61,916 nucleotides of DNA, from the NCBI RefSeq assembly GCF_001194135.2, contig NC_068984.1, forward strand, positions 122,273,759-122,335,674. Reading direction: 5' to 3'. Position 1 is the stretch's first letter, and every line of letters starts with the position of its first letter. This document shows positions 25,677 through 37,719 of the stretch, piece after piece. The stretch is from Octopus bimaculoides. Taxonomy: Eukaryota. A model generated the notes under the pieces. The model did not search any database, was not told the DNA's origin, and saw only the letters and a list, made by a program, of their open reading frames with translations. The position numbers and the translations under genes are program-made.

Positions 25677-25794
25677 CAAAGCTGAGGCACCACCACGCCA
25701 TTGTAAAGCAGAAGGCTTGTTATATCTGGTGAACACCATTGAAGCATTCAAGAACTTCAAGCAAAAAGAGATTTTGCAAACAGCAGCAGAGCAG
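25677..25794 (+). CDS. ATG7: ATG7 exon 3 (SKAEAPPRHCKAEGLLYLVNTIEAFKNFKQKEILQTAAEQ)
   Basis: tttcag acceptor, CAG|gtgagt donor, 118 nt; aligns to GTLYNTNTLESFK. Confidence 0.95.
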
Positions 25795-26437
25795 GTGAGT
25801 GACCACCATGTTAAACATTTTAAATGTAAAGTTGATTTTGTCATAAAAATTCAGAAATTTCAAGTTAATGTGAAATAATTTTTAACTATAGGTGCAAGTG
25901 TGGCTGTGTGATATGAAACTTGCTTCCCAACCTCATGGTTCTGGGTTCAGTCCCACTGCATAACACCTTAGGCAAGTGTCTTCTATTGTAGCTTTGAGCT
26001 AACCAAAGCCTTGTGAGTGGATTTGGTAGACAGAAACTGAAAGAAGCCTGTCATATATATATGTGTATGTGTGTATTCATGTGTGTGTGTTTATGTCTGT
26101 ATTTGTCCCCACCACCATCACTTGACAACTGATATTGGTGTGTTTACATCCCCATAACTTCAACATTCAGCCAAAGAGACTGTTCTGCTATAGGCTATAG
26201 ATTAAGTGCACCACCTATAACAGGATTTGAACTCAGAACAAAAAGAACCAGAACACATGCTTCAAGGCATCTGGTCATATATTCTTACTGTTATGTTATG
26301 TTATGTTATGGTACTTTTTTTTAATCAACTCTGAAAGGATGAATGATAATATTGACCCTGGTGGGATTTGAATTCAGAACAAATACTACAGGGTATTCCT
26401 TCCAATATTCTAATGACTACCAATTCACCAACTTCAA

Positions 26438-26643
26438 CCCTTTAGCATTTAAACCAGCCATACCTGGCTCAAATTTTCTACCTGTTTTATATTCTGGCCT
26501 CTCACTTCTACACTACAATGTCATTTTAAAAATAAATTATCACATCATTGAAGTCTCAAAACTATAAGATAATACATGACTAATTTAAAACAATGATGAT
26601 AAATAAGCATTAAATTTGATAGAGAAATCTGAATGCTGAAAGA
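26438..26643 (+). mobile_element. TTAA piggyBac-type MITE, copy 2 (ATG7 intron 3)
   Basis: CCCTTTAGCATTTAAACCAGCCAT...AATGCTGAAAGA|TTAA. Confidence 0.8.
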
Positions 26644-26689
26644 TTAAGTATCTTTCTTCTACATGAGTTATTTCATAACTGTTGAATCA

Positions 26690-26960
26690 GCCATACTAAC
26701 ATACATGTTTTCAGCTTTGAACCAGCCATGTTGATAAGTTTCATTCACATCTGTTGAAACAGCCATGTCGAGACATCTGTATTGAAACGTCTCATAATTG
26801 TTACACTAATCATGTTGAGGTATCTATCAACTGTTGAACCAGCCATGTTGTGACACCTAACAACTGTGAAATAAGTCGTGTTAAGAGCTGTCTCACTTGT
26901 TAATTCAGCCATGTTGAGATACCTCATGACTGAACTAGCCATGTTGAGATGTCTTGCAAT
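26690..26960. repeat. Degenerate minisatellite, core CTGTTGAACCAGCCATGTTGAG (unit about 30-35 bp)
   Basis: Repeated CAGCCATGTTG cores by inspection. Confidence 0.7.
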
Positions 26961-27169
26961 TGTTTTGACTCAACAGTTGTTCTTATATCTTTTATGACAA
27001 AGAATTTGCAATAAAGTTTACAATGAGTTTATATTATTTATATATTGAGAAGTAAGATATATAAAAGTAGTTTGGTTACTTTTAATAATAATGATAATAA
27101 TGATGATAATAATAATTATTATTATTATTATTAGTAGTAATCATATAATGTGGTCAAATGATTATTTAA

Positions 27170-27387
27170 CCCTTTAGCCGTCATATTCTGTCAAATGTAA
27201 TGCTTATTTATTCACATTGTTTTGATTTAATCATGCATTATCTCATAGCTTTGAAATTTCAACGATGTGATTCTTTATTTTGAAAGTAATATTGTCATAT
27301 CAGTGTGAGAGATTGCAAATGGCTGGTTTGAGCATAAAAGATTTTGAATATTTTGGGCCAAATATGGCTGGTTTAAATGCTAAAGGG
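27170..27387 (-). mobile_element. TTAA piggyBac-type MITE, copy 3 (inverted relative to copy 2)
   Basis: TTAA|CCCTTTAG...ATATGGCTGGTTTAAATGCTAAAGGG|TTAA. Confidence 0.85.
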
Positions 27388-27455
27388 TTAAGACTTGCTG
27401 AATGAAAACCCATTATTGTTAATAAAGTGTTCTTAATGCTATCATTTATTTTCAG

Positions 27456-27533
27456 ATATTCAATGATATTAAATCAGGGAAAGCAATGGAGAACCCCAAT
27501 CTACTGACTCAGTTTATCATGCTGTCCTTTGCT
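27456..27533 (+). CDS. ATG7: ATG7 exon 4 (IFNDIKSGKAMENPNLLTQFIMLSFA)
   Basis: ttcag acceptor, GCT|gtaagt donor, 78 nt; aligns to IKSGTALENPVLL..FLLLTFA. Confidence 0.95.
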
Positions 27534-28074
27534 GTAAGTAGATGCAATGATCATATTTTATTTCTTTGTTTAATCAGTGTTTTGTTGACTAAATCATTAT
27601 GGTTGCGGACAACTGGTCAAGGGGCTAGTGGTTCATAACCTCTCACTGAGGCTCTACAGTGTCCAGAGCCAAAACATTTGACTATTAACAGCTTTGTTTA
27701 CTCAGCTGTAAATGGGTACCACAGGCTGATGATTATTGTTGCTTTTGTCGTTTAACTCTACGCGAGTCTTGATCAAGAAGATCAGTAATGAAAGGCATAT
27801 CTAGCCAACCTATTTATTTCGTTTTAGTTTATCCAAGACTACAACATACAATGGGTCTTCCTTATTTTAAGATGAGATATGGCTCTGTGTGATTAAGAAG
27901 TTTGCTTTGCAACTGTGTGGTTTTCAGTTCAGTCTCACTGTGCAGCCCATTCTTTGGGCAAGTATTTTCTACTGTAACGTGGGTCAACCAAAGCCTTGTG
28001 AGTGGATTTGGTAGACAGGAACTGAAAGAGGTCAATCATTGTGTGTGTGTATATATATACCCCCNNNNNNNNNN

Positions 28075-28126
<52 letters not shown>

Positions 28127-29983
28127 ATCTGTACATATGTGTGTATGTGTATGCTTATGTTTTCTTGTCTTTCCATCATGTGTTATAGATAACTGTCACC
28201 ATCAAACGATGGAGTCATTTGTTTGCAATCTTCCATGAAAATATGTTTGGCCTTGTACTGTTCATCTTCAAAGTACTTGAGATATGTTGATTTGAAACAG
28301 ATTAGGGTTGGTGACAGGAAGAGCGTCTGGCTGTCGAAAGTCTGCCTCAAAAAATTTTATTTCATGCATGCAGACATGGAAAAGTGGATGGAGAAATGAT
28401 GACAAGGAAGCTAATGGTAATTGTGATGATGCTTGATGTGATTTAAAAGAAATTTGGCTGTTATTTCTAGCTGACTAAACGACCATGTAGAGGGTGTGGT
28501 ATAGTTTAATGCTGAAAAGGGGGGTAATGCTATAAATTTGCCAAGTGTGTACCAGCTCACAAAGCTGAGCTCAAGTCCTTTTAAAAGCCACGAGAGAAAC
28601 AGTAACAGTATAACTCTACTTCTAACTATATTACTATCACTCTAGAGTAAATGAAGTGTGTGTGTTTAAGAATATGTCTGAAAGTATGTAAGAGATAATG
28701 TATGTGAGTGTGACATAGTTGATCTCATTACCTGGTGTTGTACTGTTTAAATCCACTTATTCCCGTTATTTGTAATTTCCTGCTTTAGTGTACAGTCTGA
28801 TTTCCTCAATGGTCCTTGACATACTTGCTGAAGATAAAGCCACCTTTGGTGACCCAGTCATTCTTTAAGAAATTAACTAGCATTTGTGTGTGTGTATGTG
28901 TGTGTATGTACTGCAATACAAATTCCAAAATATTAATTTGTTGCAAGGCTCAAAGCCAAATATTTCTGAAGACGTTATAGTCAATTGGATTGGTTCCAGT
29001 ACATAACTAGTACCGTTTTATGCACACACATAATTATATATGGCAAATGTACAGGCATAGTTGGCAATTAGTGAAGTAGTAAAATAAATTCCTTTCAATG
29101 CTTAAATGGTTATGATGAAATAGTTAATAGGCGCCAGCATGACTGTCTGGTAAGAAGCATGGTCCCAACCACATGGTTTGGGTTCAGTCCCACTGCATGG
29201 CACTTTGGTCAAGTGTTTTCTACTATAGCCTCAAGCTGACCAAAGCCTTGCAAGTGGATTTGGTAGACGGAAACTAAAAGAAGCCCATTTTGTTGTAGTT
29301 GGATGCTCTTCCTGTTGCTAACCCTCACTTGTTTCTGAGTAAGATAATATTTGTCCATGGCTGGATATGTTCTCACAGAAGATTAGGAACAAAGGACGCT
29401 GCTTGTATGATGACAGTCACTTAAAATTATCTTGTAATGTCAAGATAAGGAGACACACATAAACGTGCGTGTGTGTTTGATAAACTTCCACTTATCAAAT
29501 CCACTCACCACTCACTTGGGTTAGAGTCTATGCTGTATGACTAAACTCGAAACTGTGTAACTGGGTATCAAATTTCTTAATCACATAGCTATGTCTGTAT
29601 TAGCCATGGCTAATGTACCCCACCCCCAAACAATATAATTTAAAAGAAATTTTGGTATTGTTGTTTCTAGCATGTTTAGTGTCTCTATATAGAGGCTCTC
29701 TTGTTAGCTCTGGCTTGTTTTTTTACATGTATCAAATGTAACAGTAAACAACACTGAAAATGCAGTTTTCACATCATGTAGTCTGTCGAACATTGTGGAA
29801 GCTGGAAGCCCATCTCTTACACTGGCTTGTTAAACACAGCTGGGAACCGTAAACTGACACAACTTCAAATCAAAGTGACATTGAGAGGCAGACTCAGCTT
29901 GTCAGGAATCTACCATTATTTCCATTTCCTTTTCAGTAATTTTTGTTAAATAACATGTGTTGTTTTTTGTATATTTTATACAG

Positions 29984-30097
29984 GATCTAAAGAAGTACCA
30001 CTATTACTACTGGTATGCCTTCCCTTGCATCTCTTTACCAGACAACGTCCTTGTCAACAAACAGAGACTACTGAAGGATTGTTTCACAAATGACATG
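29984..30097 (+). CDS. ATG7: ATG7 exon 5 (DLKKYHYYYWYAFPCISLPDNVLVNKQRLLKDCFTNDM)
   Basis: acag acceptor, ATG|gtaatt donor, 114 nt; hallmark DLKKYxFYYWFxFP motif. Confidence 0.96.
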
Positions 30098-31121
30098 GTA
30101 ATTACATCTCAACTGCTTCTTTTGTCTGTTATATCTTTGTTGTTTTTGGTTTTTCCTTGTCTTCTATCGACTTTTCCTTTCTCCTTCACTTCCTTCTTTC
30201 TTATTGTGTGCTCTTCATCATCATCATGATTACTTAACATCTACTTTTCCATTCTTGCATGGGTCAGACAGAATTTCTGACCTCAGGAAGCTGAACTTTT
30301 CAGGCGAGATAACAAAGAACTGAGACACCTGGCATCCACAGGAGAAGTGTTAAGACCAATCCAGCTGTTGGTGTAAAGTGTTTGTGGTGGTGCCACGTAA
30401 AAACGCCCATAAGTACTACATAAAAGTGCTTGTGCAGCGTCATGTAAAAGTGCCTGTGCAGTGCTACGTAAAAGTACCCATGCAGTGCCATGTAAAAACA
30501 TCCAGCACATGCTGTAAAGTGGTTGGTGTTAGGAAGGGCATCCAGCCATAGAAACCATGCCATATCAGACTGGAGCCTGGTGCAGCTCTCCAGCTCACCG
30601 GCTCTGGTCAAACTGTCCAACCCATGCCAGCATGGACAATGGATGTTAAATGATGATGAATGTCCTCCATGTCACCATCCCTTACCTGCTTCAAAGCAAG
30701 GTAATATTTTAATATTTTCCCATGACTGGAAGACTGGAATAGCAACAACTCCTCAAGAAATAATTTCTATATAGACCCCCTCCACCACATACAGAACTGA
30801 CATGCACGTACCCCTCAGATTTAGCATATAAACAGCTTTCCAAGCGCAACGAAAAACGTTCATATGGTAACAGTGACTGTTGACTATTTTGGTATGCATG
30901 TACAGCCATCTGTGTATGTGCATCTGAGTACACATATATGTACTCATGTGGTTATGTTTTTGTATCCATGTATATCTGTATATGGTAATGTATACATGCA
31001 TATGCATGTATATATGAGTTTTTATGACTATATACTTTTTGTAGGTTTTTTATGTGCCTTATATTTTTATTTTATATTTGTATTTAAATTTTGCAAAATT
31101 CATGAATTGAGTTTTGTAAAT

Positions 31122-31255
31122 CTCTGAAGAGGCCTAGTGAATCATGCATGTACCCCCATTACATAATTTTCATCTACTAATTACTCCAGCGTACTGGAGC
31201 TATAGCGATAGAATGGGGCATGCCAACGCTAGACTGAAACAGCTGTAAGATTTTG
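31122..31255 (+). mobile_element. Possible Penelope-like element 3' (pseudo-LTR) remnant
   Basis: CTGAAGAGG...GAAACAGCTGTAAG resembles recalled PLE ends; short and non-coding. Confidence 0.3.
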
Positions 31256-31439
31256 TCCCTTCTCCAATTGCTAAATGTCCTTTAAATTTGAAATCTTAAT
31301 TGTTGATATAACATGGTATGTCATAAGTGTCTGTATATTGTCTTTTTTGTCATTTTGGTTATAAAATAAACAGATTAATCAACAAAATACAGTGTCTGCA
31401 AGTTGATGAGTACTTCATATTCCCCTCCATTTTCTTGTT

Positions 31440-31831
31440 NNNNNNNNNNNNNNNNNNNNNNNNNNNNNNNNNNNNNNNNNNNNNNNNNNNNNNNNNNNNN
31501 NNNNNNNNNNNNNNNNNNNNNNNNNNNNNNNNNNNNNNNNNNNNNNNNNNNNNNNNNNNNNNNNNNNNNNNNNNNNNNNNNNNNNNNNNNNNNNNNNNNN
31601 NNNNNNNNNNNNNNNNNNNNNNNNNNNNNNNNNNNNNNNNNNNNNNNNNNNNNNNNNNNNNNNNNNNNNNNNNNNNNNNNNNNNNNNNNNNNNNNNNNNN
31701 NNNNNNNNNNNNNNNNNNNNNNNNNNNNNNNNNNNNNNNNNNNNNNNNNNNNNNNNNNNNNNNNNNNNNNNNNNNNNNNNNNNNNNNNNNNNNNNNNNNN
31801 NNNNNNNNNNNNNNNNNNNNNNNNNNNNNNN
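31440..31831. other. Assembly gap (N run) in ATG7 intron 5
   Basis: N bases. Other gaps at 28065-28074, 44373-44529, 49321-49330 and 50808-51085. Confidence 0.99.
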
Positions 31832-31985
31832 CAGGAGAAAAAAATGAACATGAAAACAAAGAATATAAAACTCGAATAATACTGCTTAATCATAATAATG
31901 TTTTAACTTGCAGATTATTGTTTATAATCCTTGAAATGTTGATATATAAATGTACATAATCCTTGGAATTTTTATATATTCACAG

Positions 31986-32132
31986 CTTGAAAACCTCATG
32001 AAAGCCTATGATGAATTCCAGTCATTAAACAAAAGACTGCAAGCCTTTTTTTTATTTCAACAAACAAATGATGGTAAAATTATTGTACATCCTGTCAGCA
32101 TGTTGACCAAGTTGATGTCTGAGAACCAAAAG
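31986..32132 (+). CDS. ATG7: ATG7 exon 6 (LENLMKAYDEFQSLNKRLQAFFLFQQTNDGKIIVHPVSMLTKLMSENQK)
   Basis: cacag acceptor, AAG|gttagt donor, 147 nt, phase 0-0; fills the variable region collinearly with recalled human ATG7. Confidence 0.9.
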
Positions 32133-32654
32133 GTTAGTATTACTGGCTAGTTATGTTTATGACCAGATTTCACACTAGTAATGTGTTAATGAACAATCAC
32201 TGGTCAGCTGTGTTGAGTTCTCTGGTTAAATTTTAGCCTTGTTTGGTTTCTGTAGTCTTGATGTCTATATTTGTGAGTATGTGCATATGGACTGTGTTTC
32301 AGAGGTGATAGTGTTACACTGTGTATTTGTTTTTATATGTGTAAATGCACTCGTGCCAGTGCTGCATAATCATATCCGTACCAGTGCTGTGTAAATTCAC
32401 CCGTGCTGGTGGCATGTAAAAAGCATCCAGCACACTCTGTTAAGTGGTTGGCGTTAGGAAGGGCATCTGGCCGTAGAAACCATGCCACAACAGACAATTG
32501 GAATCTGGACAGCTTCCAGCTCCATGTCAACCGTCCAACCCATATCAGCATGGAAAGTGGACATCACTTGACAACTAGTGTTGGTTTGTTTGTGACCTTG
32601 TAAGTTAGCAGCTTGGCAAAATGAAACTGATAGAATGAGTACTTAAGGATTAAG

Positions 32655-32990
32655 ACCCCCATCAGTCATGAATGACCATAGGATTGCACTTAGAAAGTTA
32701 CCCTCCAAGGTACATGTCTGGGCAAGGTCGTTTGTGGAAGACCAGCAGTTTCTCATGCATACCAGCCTCCCTTTTCCACACCATTGATGTTATCCAAGAG
32801 AAAGGCAAAGGCCAATACAGTTGGCACCAGTGACATAGCAACTCATTTCTATAGTTGAGCAAACAAGGAGCAACGTAAAATAAAGTATCTTGCTCAAGAA
32901 CACAACACACAGCCTGGCTTGAGAATCAAACTCACTACCTCATGATTGTGAGCCCGATGGTCTAACCACTGAGCCATGCAACTTCACAGA
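32655..32990 (-). mobile_element. SINE family D (GGCTCAGTGGTTAGA...GAGTTTGATTC head)
   Basis: tRNA-like A/B boxes on the minus strand. Other copies near 12685-13010(-), 23630-23805(-), 24922-25220, 48050-48180(-), 52722-52830 and 55205-55375(-). Confidence 0.78.
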
Positions 32991-33134
32991 ATGAGTACTA
33001 CAGTTTAAAAAAAGTAAGTCCTGGAGGTCGATTTGTTCAACTAAACCCTTCAAAGCAGTGCCCCAGTATAGCCACAGTCCATTGACTGAAACAAGTAAAA
33101 GTTAAAAGATAATGCCTCGTTTCTTTCTTTACAG

Positions 33135-33223
33135 GTGATATTTGCCTTCTATGATCCTTGTCCTGCAAGTGATTTCCCTGGTTGGCCCCTACGGAATTAC
33201 CTCTACTTCATTTCATATGTCAT
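33135..33223 (+). CDS. ATG7: ATG7 exon 7 (VIFAFYDPCPASDFPGWPLRNYLYFISYV)
   Basis: ttacag acceptor, AT|gtaagt donor, 89 nt; hallmark DP..PGWPLRN. Confidence 0.96.
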
Positions 33224-34289
33224 GTAAGTATGTCTTTACAATTTTCTATTTCTTTGTTCCCCAACCCAGCTTTAGTCTCATCAGTGTTTCTCCAGGAAAT
33301 ATTATGCTCTGCAATAATGCAGTGAGCTGGCAGAATCATTGCTGTGCTGGGCAAAATGCTTAGCAGTATTTTGTCCATCTTTATGTTCTGAGTTCAAATT
33401 CCGCCAAGGCTGACATTGCCTTTCACCCCTCTTGGGGTCAATAAAATAAGTACCAGTTGAGCACTGGGGTTGATATAATTGACTTACTTCTCTCTGAGCT
33501 TGTGCCAAAATTTGAAACCAGTATTATGCTCTACAATCATCATTTGTCACATCCAATATTTTCAACCACCAAAAAATTAGGTGCCTGTGTTTTGCCATTT
33601 TTCTTTGTTTGATTAAGTGTTCTCTGTTAGCTCAAAGGCTACTGAAACTAAGAAGTTCATTTTTTTATCACTAATTACTAAGCAAAATTTAGTATTTTAC
33701 TTCTTTTAACAAGTTGTTTAGATATTTGGTAGGTGACATAGCTCTCTTCAATATATATTATGGGCATAGTATGGGTTTCCTATTTTTATCTTTTACTTGT
33801 TTCAGTCAGTGGACTGCCATGCTGGGGAACTGCTTTGGAGAGCTTTAGTTGAACACAATTCAATTCAAGTAATTTGTTTTTTTCCAAGTCTGATACTTAT
33901 TTTGTTTTACGGTTTTGCCGAACTGCTAAGTTACAGGGGCATAAACAAACCAACACCAGTTGTCAAGTGGTAGTAGGGGTGGCAAACACAGGCACAAAGA
34001 TGCACACACAGAGACACATATACATATGTATATGTTATAAATGTATACAATGGGCTTCCACATAGTTTTTATTAGATTCACTCACAAGGCATTGGTCAGC
34101 TCAGAGCTATAGTACAATACACTTGTCCAAGGTGCAATGCAGTGGGACTGAACCCAAAACTGCATGGCTGTCCTCCAAAGTTGTCTTGCAGTATAAGTTG
34201 ACCTGCTTATTTTTTGGTCACACATTTTTGTCTGAATCATTAAATAATGATGATGATGATGATGATGTAACTTGTTTGTAAACTTGCAG

Positions 34290-34411
34290 AGGTGACAAGG
34301 TGAGTGAAATTGAAGTCGTCTGCTTCAAAGACAAAATGCAGAATGGTGTACGCAGCATATCTCACAGTCTTGCCCTCAGCCTGAAGATTCCACCAGTTTC
34401 CCATATTACAG
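34290..34411 (+). CDS. ATG7: ATG7 exon 8 (IGDKVSEIEVVCFKDKMQNGVRSISHSLALSLKIPPVSHIT)
   Basis: ttgcag acceptor, CAG|gtgagt donor, 122 nt, phase 2 to 1; aligns to [20 protein letters not shown]. Not in the ORF track. Confidence 0.93.
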
Positions 34412-35101
34412 GTGAGTACCATGATCATTGCTGTTGTTACTCTGATGATTATGTTCAGTTTTCTGAGTGAATTTTGGGAGATGGAAAACTACAGGAAAAC
34501 TTGTTTATATGTATGTGTGCATGTGAGTGTATGTGTGTGCTTGCATGTGTGTGTGTGTGTGCTTGCATGTGTGTGTATGTGTGCTTGCATGTATGTGTGT
34601 GTGTTCTCGCATGCATGTGTGTGTGATTGCATAGGCGTGCACGCGCATGTGTGTGTGTTTCTCTATATGCTTGTTTATATTTGCGATTGTTTCTAAAAAG
34701 TTGCAATCTGTAAGTTGTGTTATTATTGTCAGTTCCTCTGTCAACAAATCCTCCAGTCCACGTCAAGTAAGAGATCCCTTACTTGAAAAACAAGTAAGGG
34801 TTAGTGACAGGAAGAGCATCCAGTGTAAGACATATTCACCTCACCCATGCTAGCCTGGAAAAACATGTAAAATGAACGAATGATTATAAAGATCCTGACA
34901 GTAATAGCATGTATGGGTCCAATTGCATTAAAGCTGAGATCCATCAAAATTAAATAATGATACTTTGGTTGTTAAGCCCATATATATTTGGTTTAGGGGT
35001 TGTAAAAATTATCTTTGATGAAGATTACTTATAAATTCTTAGATTGAAATATTTCCTTTGTTTTATATGATTATTACATTGGTATTTTTTTCCTTCACCA
35101 G

Positions 35102-35192
35102 AATGCTCATCAACAGTAGGCTGGGAGAAGAATGAACGGGGCAAGATGGGACCTCGTATGGTCAACCTCAGTCATTCCATGGACCCTAATAT
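35102..35192 (+). CDS. ATG7: ATG7 exon 9 ([30 protein letters not shown])
   Basis: caccag acceptor, AT|gtaaga donor, 91 nt; hallmark [17 protein letters not shown]. Confidence 0.96.
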
Positions 35193-36016
35193 GTAAGATG
35201 TCTATGATTTTGTTGCTCTTTCATTTGATTATTTTGTGTGTGTGTGATAGCAACTGTATTATCGGGTTTCAAATATACAGTTTCTGCCATGTCTTTCATA
35301 AAACTGCTATGGTCAGCAAAGTGTTTCATATCCTTTTACTAGTAACAACAGTGGTCAGCTGCCTGTCTGAAAAAAAAGCAAAAAAAAAAAAAAAAATGAT
35401 GACAACTACAACTTTGGTCTTGCTACAAGTCTTTCTTACAGAATGAATGCTTCAGAGCAGCATGCTCTATTCACTTTTGCCCAGACATCACACCAATACT
35501 TGACAAAATATACTTTATAGTTGTTCTAACTATGTAAGTGGTATGTTATAATTTTTGTAGGAGTTATAACTTCAGGGTATATTTGTCGGCATGATTATGT
35601 AGGGGATATGAATAGGAGGGAAGTAGAGTACCTGAATAATTTGGGTCCTACATGCTATGAGCCTGAGAAAAAGATGGGGTGGTAGCATCTGAAATGTTTT
35701 TGATGATAGATTTAGTCAATCATGGTTGACCGAAAGCTAAACAACAGCATTAGCAATAATAATGGCGACAGTACTATTCTATAATGGCAGTGTCTTATCT
35801 CAGAATTTTTGTTAATCTCTCTATTAACAGTCAAATGAACCTATTATAGTGTGCAGTGGTATCATCATCATTATTGTTAAAGATTTTTAAATGCTATCAT
35901 GAATTGAAGAGATCAATAATTCTGAAGAGGTTTTGATATACTCAATCTTATATTTCTCCATTTTACTAAAATTTCGCGTAATCTACATGTGATAATCCAC
36001 ATCTTCTATCTTTCAG

Positions 36017-36161
36017 ATTAGCGGAATCTGCTGTTGGCCTAAATTTGAAGTTGATGCGCTGGCGCCTAATCCCAGACTTGGATTTAGAGTTAATTTCTCA
36101 GACCAAATGTCTTTTACTTGGAGCTGGAACTCTTGGTTGTAATGTTGCCAGATGTCTTATT
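36017..36161 (+). CDS. ATG7: ATG7 exon 10 ([49 protein letters not shown]), start of the adenylation domain
   Basis: tttcag acceptor, ATT|gtaagt donor, 145 nt; LNLKLMRWR and the GxGxxG ATP-binding motif GAGTLG. Confidence 0.97.
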
Positions 36162-36431
36162 GTAAGTCATTAATCTTAACATGTCTTTTGCTGTAAGTTT
36201 TAATCTTTGGCTTTTTAGTCTTTCACATTTTCTGTAGATTTTTTACAAGCTTAGTCATTCATTTTCAGTGCTTTTCTTTTATTGCAAGTTTTTAATCTTT
36301 GCTCTTTGATGTCTCCCTCATTTTAATTATTGTGTCTTGTTTGATTTTTAATCTTGCTGTATCTGTTATTCTGAGTTCTTTTGTTACACTTAAACAGAAT
36401 TGACCTGAGGAACTAAGTCTGCACTCACGCG

Positions 36432-36497
<66 letters not shown>

Positions 36498-36779
36498 GTT
36501 TCCATTTACCAATTTACCAGATTCACTCACAAGGATTTGTTTGGTTCAGGGCTATAGTAGAAGACACTTGCACAGTGGGACTGAAACTGAAACCACATGG
36601 CTGCAAAGCAAGCTTCTTAACAACACAGCCATGCCTGTGCCTATGAATAGTCTGTACTCCTAATATTTAGGTTTAAAAGTCTGGTAAAAGAAAGAAGTAA
36701 TATATGTAAATAAACATGATATATTACATTTAAGAAAAATGTGTATATGTACATATAAAAATAACAATGAACAATAGTA

Positions 36780-37545
36780 TGATAGTATGTCAAAATATAT
36801 TGACCATCAGACTTTCAGTATATTCAAAGATAAAAAGGTTTTTTCTGAGCCATAGGCTCTAAAGGCCCTAATCTTGGATTCCGTGGCATATATATTCAAC
36901 CCTGGGTAGGACTTTGGTCTGTCACGGTTCGGTATATATATTAACATGTTTTAATGTATTAACCAACAGATTGTATCATAAGGCCTTAATCTATTGTATT
37001 GGTCATTAGATTACCCTATGGTAGCATGTCCTAATATATTGGCCATGGTTAATAGTATAGCTGCATGTTTTAATATATTGACTACAGGACTTACAACGAT
37101 AGCATATTCTAATATATTGGACATCAGGTAACATGGTCTTAATATATTGGTTTCAAATTTTGGCACAAGGCCAGTAATTTCAGGGAAGTGAGTTAGTCAG
37201 TTGCATTGACTCCAGTACTCAACTGGCAATTATTTCATTGACCCCAACAGGGATTAAAAGCAAAGTTGACCTCAGTGGAATTTGAACTCAGAATGTAAAG
37301 ACGGACGAAATGCTGCTAAGCACTTTTCCTGGTGTGCTAACAACTCTGCCAGCTTGCTGCTTTATATATGGTCCTAATGTATTGACCACAAGACTGCAAC
37401 ACAATAACATATTCTAATATACTGCTGTCTGGTGTGTCATCTGAGAGTGGTGAGATAGCATGGTCTTAATATAAGATCCTAACAATAGCATATTCTAATA
37501 TATTAACTACAAGGCTACAATGTGGTGGCATGTCCTGATATAATT
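36780..37545. repeat. Degenerate minisatellite (core CTAATATATTG, unit about 35-40 bp) split by a SINE-C copy
   Basis: GCATxTTCTAATATATTGAC-like units on both sides of 37150-37360. Confidence 0.65.
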
Positions 37546-37560
37546 TCTGTTTTATTGTAG

Positions 37561-37719
37561 GGATGGGGTATTAGGAATTTGACATTGGTAGACAATGGGA
37601 AAATTTCATATTCCAACCCTGTACGGCAGTCATTATTTGTCTTTGAAGATAGCCTGAATGGCAAAAAACCAAAAGCTGAAACTGCAGCAGAATCACTCAA
37701 GAAAATAATTCCAGGTTTG
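37561..37719 (+). CDS. ATG7: ATG7 exon 11 ([53 protein letters not shown])
   Basis: ttgtag acceptor, TTG|gtaagt donor, 159 nt; [14 protein letters not shown] motif. Confidence 0.97.

Noticed and set aside
26690-26960. CRISPR-like repeat-spacer array (also 36780-37545 and 55470-55890)
   Set aside because: Units are degenerate without constant repeats and unique spacers, there are no cas genes, and the context is eukaryotic intron or intergenic DNA.
31440-31831. A missing ATG7 exon hidden in the gap
   Set aside because: Exons 5 and 6 join in phase 0 and the peptide is collinear with recalled human ATG7 without a gap.
31327-31959. Long ORFs across N runs (also 44309-44766 and 50701-51169)
   Set aside because: Artefacts of assembly gaps.
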